Source of the DNA: Crocosphaera subtropica ATCC 51142
GTDB taxonomy: Bacteria > Cyanobacteriota > Cyanobacteriia > Cyanobacteriales > Microcystaceae
Direction: 5' to 3'
DNA length: 32,000 bases
NCBI RefSeq assembly: GCF_000017845.1
Contig: NC_010546.1
Span: 3,030,001 to 3,062,000 of the forward strand
Below, piece by piece: positions 19,662-27,128 of this stretch (positions are counted from its first letter, which is position 1; every line of letters begins with the position of its first letter). The notes beneath the pieces were generated by a model. It was not told where the DNA came from, did no database searches, and saw only the letters and a program-made list of their open reading frames with translations. A program made the translations under genes and the position numbers.

Positions 19662-19693
19662 TCCCCTGAACTTATTTAGGGGATATTTTTTTT
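19662..19693 (+). terminator. Rho-independent terminator candidate
   Basis: TCCCCT (19662-67) pairs with AGGGGA (19678-83) around a 10-nt loop, followed by TA and then T8 (19686-93). It is 145 nt downstream of the PEP-CTERM gene stop. Confidence 0.45.
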
Positions 19694-19831
19694 GAGAAAA
19701 TAAACTTAAGAGAAAATACTTAGGAGGTTAATGAGATTGCTCATTTCTCATTCCTTAGAAGGACAAATAAGGATATCAAAAATGTCAAACACGAAATTTT
19801 CTATTCCTATAGTAGTAACTTTTTTAATACA

Positions 19832-20050
19832 TCAAGGTTTTGTTGGGTTTCGTTTCTCAACCCAACCTACATCTAAGTCTTGGCGTAAGCCTTTTCCTAT
19901 GTAGAATTTTAAAAGAGCTTCTAAAGACATATCCTGATGATGAGCAATTATTTTTAAAGATTCTAAAGTATCTTTAGGAATAGAAATTGATACCTTTTCT
20001 GAAGGACGAGGTTTAATAGTATAAGTAATTTCTTCGTTAGGTTTGTTCAT
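19832..20050 (-). CDS. brnA: BrnA-type antitoxin (ribbon-helix-helix)
   Basis: 72 aa. KVSISIPKDTLESLKIIAHHQDMSLEALLKFYIGKGLRQ fits a beta-strand plus two-helix RHH. It overlaps the upstream BrnT gene by 14 nt. The last ~12 codons derive from a palindromic element (see 19842-19866). Confidence 0.75.
   Translation of the reverse strand: MNKPNEEITYTIKPRPSEKVSISIPKDTLESLKIIAHHQDMSLEALLKFYIGKGLRQDLDVGWVEKRNPTKP
19842..19866. repeat. Small palindromic element (8-bp perfect stem, 9-nt loop)
   Basis: GTTGGGTT (19842-49), loop tcgtttctc, AACCCAAC (19859-66). Read on the minus strand it encodes ...GWVEKRNPT..., a peptide signature I associate with a dispersed short cyanobacterial repeat. There is no T-tract on either strand, so it is not a classical terminator. 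Confidence 0.6.
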
Positions 20051-20330
20051 ATTGTTTTTTCTCTATACGAGTAGCTAGACGTGCGGAAATAATTCGAGTA
20101 CGTTGGTTTCGTTCAATATAAACAACAAATAAGACACGATAAGCCAAGGAATAACCGAGAATAAATTCTCTTTGTTCACTATTTACTGTCGCATCTCCTG
20201 TTTGATAAAAGGGATCGAAAAATGCTTCGGTGGCTTCTTCAAATGTTACTCCATGTTTCTCAAGATTGATTTGCGCTTTATTGGAATCCCATTCAAATTC
20301 TAAACCCCGTAAGCGATAGACCACATTCAT
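20037..20330 (-). CDS. brnT: BrnT-family toxin (DUF497-type ribonuclease toxin)
   Basis: 97 aa. FEWDSNKAQINLEKHGVTFEEATEAFFDP is the characteristic BrnT N-terminus. The toxin-first gene order with an overlapping antitoxin gene matches brnTA. Confidence 0.8.
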   Translation of the reverse strand: MNVVYRLRGLEFEWDSNKAQINLEKHGVTFEEATEAFFDPFYQTGDATVNSEQREFILGYSLAYRVLFVVYIERNQRTRIISARLATRIEKKQYEQT

Positions 20331-20371
20331 ATAGTATATTGTACTTTAACTTTAGGGTTTAGTTAAAACAC

Positions 20372-20992
20372 TTAATATTGTACAGGTAGGGGGTCAAGAC
20401 TACGCCATAAATACCATGTTGCTACAGTGCGATAGGGTTTCCAAGGTTGTGAAAGTTCTTTAATTTGCTCTTTTGTTAAAAGATTTGTATTCCCGTAATG
20501 ACGTTGAATTGCATTAATTAATCCGAGATCAGCCATAGGAAAAATATCCTTTCGATGTAAATGAAAAATTAAAAACATTTGAGCCGTCCATGAACCAATT
20601 CCTTTAATGGACGTTAACTGTTTTGTAATTTCTTGATCACTCATAGTTTCCCAACTTTGAGGGGTTAAAATACCTTCTTCAAAAGCTTGGGCAACATTAC
20701 GAATATAGAGTATTTTTTGACGTGATAAACCACACTGACGTAAGGATAATTCGTCTATTTCTAAATAATTGTTGATACTAATCGAACCTAGTAAATTTTC
20801 TACTTTTCGACTAATAGAATGAGCAGCAGCTACAGAAATTTGTTGCCCAATAATAGCCTTCATTAAAGTTAAAAATGGATTATAATAGTTAAGCATTGTT
20901 TCAGAGGGATAGGAAGCTATTAACTCAGCTAGAATAGGGTCTTTTAGGGTTAAATATTCTTTAGCTTCGTGCCAATACTTAGGAGAATTCAT
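20372..20992 (-). CDS. DNA-3-methyladenine glycosylase II-like (HhH-GPD superfamily, AlkA-type core)
   Basis: 206 aa with the helix-hairpin-helix IKGIGSWTAQMFLIF and a downstream FPMADLGL with the catalytic-Asp context. It lacks the AlkA N-terminal domain. Confidence 0.75.
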   Translation of the reverse strand: MNSPKYWHEAKEYLTLKDPILAELIASYPSETMLNYYNPFLTLMKAIIGQQISVAAAHSISRKVENLLGSISINNYLEIDELSLRQCGLSRQKILYIRNVAQAFEEGILTPQSWETMSDQEITKQLTSIKGIGSWTAQMFLIFHLHRKDIFPMADLGLINAIQRHYGNTNLLTKEQIKELSQPWKPYRTVATWYLWRSLDPLPVQY

Positions 20993-21085
20993 GGGCTAAA
21001 AATTTTTTTAGATAAATTTTTCTCTTAAATTAATACCAAATCCAGTTATCATAGCTAAAATCTATTTTTTAAAGCAAGGAAATGA

Positions 21086-22663
21086 TTATCTCACTGTAAA
21101 TTTACAACTATCGGCCCCCGTTGCTTTACAACTAATTTCCTCCACAGTTAACCTTGGTAAGTTGGGGATTGAACTTAATAAACCCTGAATCATACCGCGC
21201 AGAAAATAACAGCTAGGGCGATCACTGGTTTTGTAGAGACAAAAGGGATTAGCATGAACGTTCAGTTCATTGTTCTGACTATCAGCAATCATAAAATAAG
21301 AAATCGCAGGAACCACTAATTTATTAAGGGCAGAAACCATATTTTTGGCTGAAACTGCTTTAATTTTACCTTGTTTGACTAACCTTTCCCCTACATATTC
21401 CCCTAATGCCAACATCTGTTGATCATTAATATCTGGGTTGTTGTCCATATCTCGTACAGTAGCAACAAAATCAGGATAAAGGTTAATTAATTCTTGTCCC
21501 ATCTCCAGTAATCTCTTGTCAAGACGTGAGTTCGGTGTTAGGAGTTCGGAGGTCGGAGTTAGAATTTTTTGAACGAGGGAATCAGGGTTTGAGACTTCTT
21601 GTTGGTTGTCAGTTTTCCCTAGATTCTCTTCCGTCGAACTCAGGTTATTCATAAGTAGCGGAGAACTGACTGATTCTAATAGGGAAACCTCTGAAGTTTC
21701 GAGTTGGGTTTGTAATTTTTTGACAGTGCGTCCAATTTCTGCTTCTAGCAGTCCGGTTAATACTTTCCCTGTTTTGATTAATAAATAACTGTCTGGTGTG
21801 CAGTAAGCTAAGATTAAATGCCCTTGTTGACTCTTTAGAGCAATCGTTTCAATCTCTTGCCAGTCCAATTCATCTTGAGTCGTTTGAGCAACATAAAGCA
21901 TGGTTCCTGATAGAATTGAAGTGGTTTCTTCATCCATTCCCATCGGAGTTATTATGGATTTTCCTTCCTGAGAAACTAGAGCAAGGCCTTGAATATCAAG
22001 GGGCTTCATTAATAAATCGTGGAGAATAGTCTCAATAGTTAGAGGATTCATAAGTATTCCCTGATTAACGTCTGAAGATGGGGGTAAAACAGTTAAGGTT
22101 TGGTCAGGATATTGATAATTGAAAGCTGGTTCATTGGCTAGTTTAAAGTTTAAATCCTTAGGAATATATTGACTGATTAATTTACGTCGTTTTAAGGCTT
22201 GTTCTGTTTGTTTTTCAATTTTTTTAGGAATTTCAACCCCTAAACGATCGGACTCATAATCACAATGCTTAGGAATGGTTAGACTCTCTATGTCATAGGT
22301 AGGAGCATTCCGATTAATGTCTAGGATAGGGCCTGATTTTAAACAATTCCAGATGATATCTAACTGAGAAAAAGTCAGTTTTCCAAAGACCAAATAACAG
22401 ATAAAATAAGGAATATTGGTGCGACCGAAATCGTCACTCTCATCATTATACAGCCAACCAAAAAAAGTTTCTTCGAGGGATTTTTGTTGTAGATAAGCGG
22501 CTCGATATCTAGGCTCAGGGGGATTATAACTATTCCAATATCGTTCAACAATGTTTTTAACAAAAAATTGCTGATGTTCCGAAGAAATCAAGGAACTGGA
22601 TAGAATGGTAAAGCCAATGTTAGAAAAACTTGTATAAAAAATTTGTTCGACTGATAAATTCAT
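21086..22663 (-). CDS. Multidomain cytosolic protein: unknown N-terminal domain + Roadblock/LC7 (MglB-like) domain + low-complexity linker + V4R domain
   Basis: 525 aa. The N-terminal domain (aa 1-~115) reads EQIFYTSFSNIGF...YWNSYNPPEPRYRAAYL...FGWLYND..D.FGR.NIPYFICY. The segment aa ~203-318 (IQGLALVSQEGKSIITPMGMDEETTSILSGTMLYVAQ...GHLILAYCTPDSYLLIKTGKVLTGLLEAEIGRTVKKL) has the Roadblock/LC7 pattern. The segment aa ~385-525 ends in CYFLRGMIQGLL...VEEISCKATGADSCKFTV, a V4R-type Cys pattern. Confidence 0.65.
   Translation of the reverse strand: MNLSVEQIFYTSFSNIGFTILSSSLISSEHQQFFVKNIVERYWNSYNPPEPRYRAAYLQQKSLEETFFGWLYNDESDDFGRTNIPYFICYLVFGKLTFSQLDIIWNCLKSGPILDINRNAPTYDIESLTIPKHCDYESDRLGVEIPKKIEKQTEQALKRRKLISQYIPKDLNFKLANEPAFNYQYPDQTLTVLPPSSDVNQGILMNPLTIETILHDLLMKPLDIQGLALVSQEGKSIITPMGMDEETTSILSGTMLYVAQTTQDELDWQEIETIALKSQQGHLILAYCTPDSYLLIKTGKVLTGLLEAEIGRTVKKLQTQLETSEVSLLESVSSPLLMNNLSSTEENLGKTDNQQEVSNPDSLVQKILTPTSELLTPNSRLDKRLLEMGQELINLYPDFVATVRDMDNNPDINDQQMLALGEYVGERLVKQGKIKAVSAKNMVSALNKLVVPAISYFMIADSQNNELNVHANPFCLYKTSDRPSCYFLRGMIQGLLSSIPNLPRLTVEEISCKATGADSCKFTVR
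21528..21562. repeat. Heptamer tandem array (GRGTTMG)5 embedded in frame within a CDS
   Basis: The array reads gagttcg gtgttag gagttcg gaggtcg gagttag. On the coding (minus) strand it yields the 7-aa periodic peptide LTPTSEL/LTPNSRL (aa 368-381). It is the same repeat family as 18455-18503 and 28491-28518. Confidence 0.85.
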
Positions 22664-22903
22664 AAAAAATCGTCAACTGTTGAAAATAATCTAAAGGGGT
22701 TTTTCAGCTTATAACACTAGATAAGCGTTGTTAAGTCGATACTTATCATTGATAATTTTTAAGCAGAGACAAAGAATATTATTTTACTATGATAGTATGT
22801 TGATTATGGGAAAAGATCAGTCATTAGGCGATCGCTCTAGATACCTAATGATATTGTTTCCCTTGAGTTAAACTTCGTCACATTGGTTCCTTAACGATTA
22901 GTT

Positions 22904-22969
22904 TTAGCATTATTGAAGCTTTATCCCAGCGTTAAAGCCATTAATTTTATATTTTTATTAGCATTATTG
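22904..22969. promoter_or_regulatory. Pair of perfect 12-bp direct repeats in a 543-bp divergent intergenic region
   Basis: TTAGCATTATTG occurs at 22904-22915 and 22958-22969, a 54-nt centre-to-centre spacing (about 5 helical turns). Both lie between the divergent 21086-22663 and 23207-24625 genes. There is also an 8-bp inverted repeat TCATTAGG/CCTAATGA (22821-28 / 22844-51) around a HIP1 site. Confidence 0.35.
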
Positions 22970-23206
22970 TTCCCTATTTCCTAACTTAATAACATCTAGA
23001 AAAATGAGGTGAATTGGTAAGTATTCAGCGATCAGCCATCACTTTAAAGCTAACGTAAATTAATCTTGAGAAATTTGAGAGAATTGAAAGTGCAGGAAAA
23101 AGCCGATTAGCTTACTTTATGTGTTTATCATCAAAATTGACTGAGATTAAACGAATGCTGACGTTAGTTATAAGCTTATTGCTATTTTTATCTTTACTTA
23201 ATCAAT

Positions 23207-24625
23207 ATGTCCCAAAGAAAATTTATCAAAATTTTGATTCTCTTCTTGTGTGGATTAATCCTATTTAGTGCCATAGGATTAGTTATATTATGGCTTCAAA
23301 ATACCCAGAGAAATAACGATTTTCAAACTAACACTAACTCAATTTTTCCTAGGGTTGCAAACATTGAAATCAGTCAAGGTCAAAAGGTTTTAATCAGAGA
23401 AGAAAGTGCAGAAACTAAACTAGCTGCAGCCCAAGATATGGCAGCAGAGAACTATCAAATGGCTATGGATAAATTAACCCAATCTCTACAAACCTATCCC
23501 AATGATCCAGAAGCTTTAATTTATCTCAATAATGCACAAATTGGTAATAATAAATCCTATAGCATAGCTGTGGCTGCTCCTATTGCCACTAACACCAACG
23601 GAGCAAAAGAAATTCTTCGGGGAGTGGCTCAAGCACAACAAGAAATTAATCAAGCAGGAGGGATCAAAGGTATCCCTTTAAAAGTTGTGATTGCCAATGA
23701 TCATAATAGTCCTGAAATCGCCAAAAAACTAGCTCAGGAACTGGCTAATGATGCCGATATTTTAGGGGTTATTGGCCATTGGAGTAGTGATGTTACTTTA
23801 GCCTCAGCCGAAATTTATCAATCAGAACAATTAGTGGTTATTTCTCCGGTGAGTACCTCAGTAGAATTATCATCTTTTGGTGATTATATCTTTAGAACTG
23901 TTCCGAGCGATCGCTTTGCCGGTAGTGCGCTTTCTCGTTATATGGTGAATCAATTAGGCAGAAAAAAAGCAGCAATTTTTTTCAATTCACAAAGTAATTA
24001 TAGTCAATCTTTGAAAGATGAATTTACCAAAAGTTTATTTAGCGATGGTGGGGAAATTGTTGGAGAATTTGATTTATCTCAAAAGAATTTTGACCCCAAT
24101 AATGATTGGCAACAAGCCAAAAATCAAGGGGCTGAAGTATTAATGTTAGCCTTAACTACCGATACTATAGAAGAGGCGTTAGCCGTGATTAAAATTAATA
24201 AGAAAGAATTATTTTTATTAGGGGGTGATGATGGCTATAATACAGAACTTTTACAACGAGGTGCAGGGAATGCTGTGGGCATGGTTTTAGCCATTCCTTG
24301 GCATATTTCAGCCCATAATAATGACCCTTTTGTTGGGGTTGCCAAAAGACTCTGGGGAGGGGAAATTAGCTGGCGTACTGCCCTAGCTTATGATGCTACC
24401 CTAGCCTTGATTAATGGGTTAGGGGAAACCCCAAACCCCACCCGTCAAAGTTTGCAAGCAACTTTATCCAAACCCAATTTTTCCTTTCAAGGAGCCTCCG
24501 GTTCTGTCAATTTTTTGCCTTCAGGCGATCGTAATCAAGCGGTTCAATTAGTAAGGGTTAAAGCAAATAATCTGGCTGAATTTGGTTATGAATTCCATAT
24601 TTTTCCCTCTTTAAACAGCAATTAA
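23207..24625 (+). CDS. Membrane-anchored type-I periplasmic binding protein (Leu/Ile/Val-binding-protein-like) with an N-terminal TPR-like helix pair
   Basis: 472 aa with an N-terminal TM (ILILFLCGLILFSAIGLVILWL) and a TPR-like segment AAENYQMAMDKLTQSLQTYPNDPEALIYLNNAQI. This is followed by a LivK/Peripla_BP_6-like core (IAVAAPI...GAKEILRGVAQAQQEINQAGGIKGIPLKVVIANDHNSPE...VIGHWSSDVT...ISPVSTS). Confidence 0.75.
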   Translation: MSQRKFIKILILFLCGLILFSAIGLVILWLQNTQRNNDFQTNTNSIFPRVANIEISQGQKVLIREESAETKLAAAQDMAAENYQMAMDKLTQSLQTYPNDPEALIYLNNAQIGNNKSYSIAVAAPIATNTNGAKEILRGVAQAQQEINQAGGIKGIPLKVVIANDHNSPEIAKKLAQELANDADILGVIGHWSSDVTLASAEIYQSEQLVVISPVSTSVELSSFGDYIFRTVPSDRFAGSALSRYMVNQLGRKKAAIFFNSQSNYSQSLKDEFTKSLFSDGGEIVGEFDLSQKNFDPNNDWQQAKNQGAEVLMLALTTDTIEEALAVIKINKKELFLLGGDDGYNTELLQRGAGNAVGMVLAIPWHISAHNNDPFVGVAKRLWGGEISWRTALAYDATLALINGLGETPNPTRQSLQATLSKPNFSFQGASGSVNFLPSGDRNQAVQLVRVKANNLAEFGYEFHIFPSLNSN

Positions 24626-24793
24626 AATATTGTTATCTAAATAGGATGTCAAAAAAAGAGTTTAATGCTAGAATCATTAGAATTTAAAAAATATCTCAAT
24701 TAAGGTTCTACTTAAGTTACGAGCTTAACCATCTCTATAAATCTGGCAAAAAGGTGGGATTTACTCTATTTCATTTTGAATCTTTTGAATATA

Positions 24794-27049
24794 ATGTCTT
24801 CTAAACCAACATTATCTAGTATTTTAAACTCTAGTCCTCGTTCTTATTCTTCTCCTGCTGACAATTCATCTTGTCCTTATGTGGGTCTAAAATCCTTTGA
24901 AAATAGTGATCGTCATTATTTCTTTGGTCGAGAGACGTTAAGTCAACAACTCTTCAATAATCTTCAAGCGCATAATTTTTTAGCCCTTGTTGGGCCTTTG
25001 GGAGTTGGCAAATCATCGTTAGTACAAGCGGGCGTATTACCCTATTTCTCTTCTTCTCAGGAATGGGAGATTAAAGTCATAAAACCTAGGGAACACCCTC
25101 TAAAAAGTCTGGCCATGACTTTTCTGGATAGTCATTTGCCGACCTTACAAAAAGCTCAACAAATGGCAGATTTTCAACTTTGTTTAGAACAAGGTGCTGA
25201 GGGGTTTTCTCATTTACTACAGAGACTTTCTCGTCCTAAGTTACTCCTCGTTATTGATAATTTTGAAGAAATTTTTACTCTTAGTCAAAATGCTCAAGAA
25301 AGGTGGCAATTTTTAACTGCTTTACTCACTGCGTTAGATCAACATCCTCATCAATTGAAGATTATTACTATAATTAATGAGGAATTTATCAGTTATTGTC
25401 TTGAACAAAAACCCAAAAAACTAGGACAAAAAATTAAAGAAAATTGTATCCTTATTTCTCCTTTAAACGATCAAGAACGCTATGATGCTATCGTTTTACC
25501 AGCGCAACAAGCCAATTTAGAATTAGAATCTCAATTAGTTGAACAGTTACTGCAAGATACTCATCATTTAAAAGGAGGTCTTGCTTTACTTCAATATACC
25601 CTTTGGCAAGTTTGTCGCCTACGCAAAAATGTTAGATTAACTTTAGCTAGTTATGTACAGTTAGGAGAAGTTAAACACGTTTTAGATAAACAAGGGACTG
25701 AAACTTTTTATCAATTAAATAGAAGACAGCGAAACACAGCTAAAAAACTATTGTTAAGTCTGATTCATACCCGTGAAGGCATAGGGCATATTAGTAATTT
25801 AGTTCCACAAAGAAAATTAGAAAATTTACATGATTTCGACTATGTTTTGCAAAAGTTCAAGCAAGTAGGTTTTATTCAAACTGAAGTAGGCAATGACCTA
25901 ACTAACCAAGAAATTTTTTTGCGACTTTCTCACCCTATTGTGATCGAACATTGGAGGTTATTACAAGAGTGGTTAGGGCAACGTCAATCTATTTTTAGAC
26001 AACACCAAAATCTTGAAGCGTTTGCTCAAAGATGGCAAATTTCTAAGAGAGATAAGAAGTATTTATTGACAAGTAAAAAACTAAAAATTGCCCAAGCTTT
26101 AGAAAAACACCAAATAGGGTTTTCACCCTTAACGCAAGAATATATCCAGCAAAGTTCTAAAAAACAATCACGAAATATCCTTGTATATGGAATTTTACCC
26201 CTGACCCTTATTCTTGTTTTGGGTGGGTTGACTTATCGACATTGGCAAATTCAAAAAGCATGGCAAACCCTTGAACTGGCAGAAAATAATCCCTATGATA
26301 TTCGTCGTAAAGATGCTATCGAAAAACTCAATTTTTGGCAGATTAATTTTGAGGAAGTTCCTTTAACTTCTACTTATCTTAAAAATATTAATCTTCCGCA
26401 AGCTAATCTCAGCAATATGGATTTTTCTGGCACTAACTTTGAAAATGCCAATTTAGTGAAATCTGATCTGACCAATAGTAATTTCAAGAATGCTAACTTA
26501 ACGAATAGTCGTCTAATTAAGTCCAATTTATCCCAAAGTAATTTAGAGTTAACTAATTTAACTCAAGGGGATTTAACGGAGGCGAATTTATTTCAAACTA
26601 ACCTGACATTTGCTGCTTTAAATTTTGCTAATTTATCATCGGCTAATTTATCACAGTCTCGTCTCTATTTTGCTAACCTAGAAGATGCAAACCTCTTGAA
26701 AAGTAAGATCAGTCGTAGTAATCTTTCCGGTGCTAATTTAGCTTTTAGTAATCTCATGTTTGCTGATCTTTCTAATTCTAATTTAGCCTCTGCTAATTTA
26801 GTAGAGGCTAATCTTTTATCAACTAATTTAACGAATAGTAATCTTTTAGGTGCTAATTTAATTGAGGTTAAAAACCTTGATCCAAATAACTTAAAGCAAG
26901 CTTGTTTTTGGCAGTATGCTATCTATAAAGGAAAATGGAATACTCAGCAACAAGAATGGGAAATTGATGAAATGGCAAATCGACAATTTATTGAAAAATT
27001 AATCCAGGATAAGGCCTCCGATCCAAGAATCCAACCTACCTGTTCATAA
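24794..27049 (+). CDS. STAND-class P-loop NTPase (nSTAND-like) + single TM helix + C-terminal pentapeptide-repeat domain
   Basis: The track ORF starts at a TTG (24776); the first ATG is at 24794. The N-terminal CPYVGLKSFENSDRHYFFGRE motif directly precedes Walker A GPLGVGKSS (nt 24992-25018). The Walker B-like motif is LLLVIDNFEEIF. A helical/winged-helix-like region follows, then a TM helix ILVYGILPLTLILVLGGLTY (~26176-26238) and about 30 A(N/D)LxX pentapeptide units. Confidence 0.75.
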   Translation: MSSKPTLSSILNSSPRSYSSPADNSSCPYVGLKSFENSDRHYFFGRETLSQQLFNNLQAHNFLALVGPLGVGKSSLVQAGVLPYFSSSQEWEIKVIKPREHPLKSLAMTFLDSHLPTLQKAQQMADFQLCLEQGAEGFSHLLQRLSRPKLLLVIDNFEEIFTLSQNAQERWQFLTALLTALDQHPHQLKIITIINEEFISYCLEQKPKKLGQKIKENCILISPLNDQERYDAIVLPAQQANLELESQLVEQLLQDTHHLKGGLALLQYTLWQVCRLRKNVRLTLASYVQLGEVKHVLDKQGTETFYQLNRRQRNTAKKLLLSLIHTREGIGHISNLVPQRKLENLHDFDYVLQKFKQVGFIQTEVGNDLTNQEIFLRLSHPIVIEHWRLLQEWLGQRQSIFRQHQNLEAFAQRWQISKRDKKYLLTSKKLKIAQALEKHQIGFSPLTQEYIQQSSKKQSRNILVYGILPLTLILVLGGLTYRHWQIQKAWQTLELAENNPYDIRRKDAIEKLNFWQINFEEVPLTSTYLKNINLPQANLSNMDFSGTNFENANLVKSDLTNSNFKNANLTNSRLIKSNLSQSNLELTNLTQGDLTEANLFQTNLTFAALNFANLSSANLSQSRLYFANLEDANLLKSKISRSNLSGANLAFSNLMFADLSNSNLASANLVEANLLSTNLTNSNLLGANLIEVKNLDPNNLKQACFWQYAIYKGKWNTQQQEWEIDEMANRQFIEKLIQDKASDPRIQPTCS
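26378..26870 (+). repeat. Pentapeptide-repeat coding array (15-nt periodicity) inside the STAND NTPase gene
   Basis: The translation reads ...ANLSNMDFSGTNFENANLVKSDLTNSNFKNANLTNSRLIKSNLSQSNLELTNLTQGDLTEANLFQTNL... Recurrent gctaattta / aatcta DNA words appear every 15 nt. The array is in frame, so it is not a CRISPR or a non-coding repeat. Confidence 0.9.
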
Positions 27050-27128
27050 TCATTTCTTGTCCTTACATATAAGTTTTTTAGTTTGATATTTTATTCTAAT
27101 CAAAATATAGTTAAATTACTTTTAACCT

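Noticed and set aside
19731-19904. 57-codon plus-strand ORF preceded by an AGGAGG (19722-27) only 3 nt from its ATG. Its translation contains GFVGFRFSTQPT.
   Set aside because: Its 3' half is simply the palindromic mini-element and the antisense of brnA. The spacer to the SD-like motif is too short and the protein has no recognisable fold. It is probably a spurious reading of a repeat.
21606-22563. Track ORFs 21606-21788 (+), 21796-22029 (+) and 22375-22563 (-) within the Roadblock/V4R gene. The same applies to 29133-29327, 29358-29540 and 29799-29999 opposite or beside the choice-of-anchor gene.
   Set aside because: They overlap longer, motif-bearing ORFs, and nothing supports independent coding.
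23119-23268. 49-codon ORF (MCLSSKLTEIKRMLTLVISLLLFLSLLNQ...) overlapping the start of the PBP gene in another frame.
   Set aside because: It is short, out of frame and has no supporting signal. The PBP ORF from ATG 23207 has a proper TM anchor and cannot be extended upstream because of an in-frame TAA at 23171-23173.
26378-26870. Strong ~15-nt DNA periodicity with recurring 'gctaattta' words, which superficially looks like a tandem repeat or CRISPR-like array.
   Set aside because: It lies in frame within a 751-aa ORF and translates to canonical A(N/D)LxX pentapeptide repeats. There are no unique spacers and no repeat-spacer architecture.
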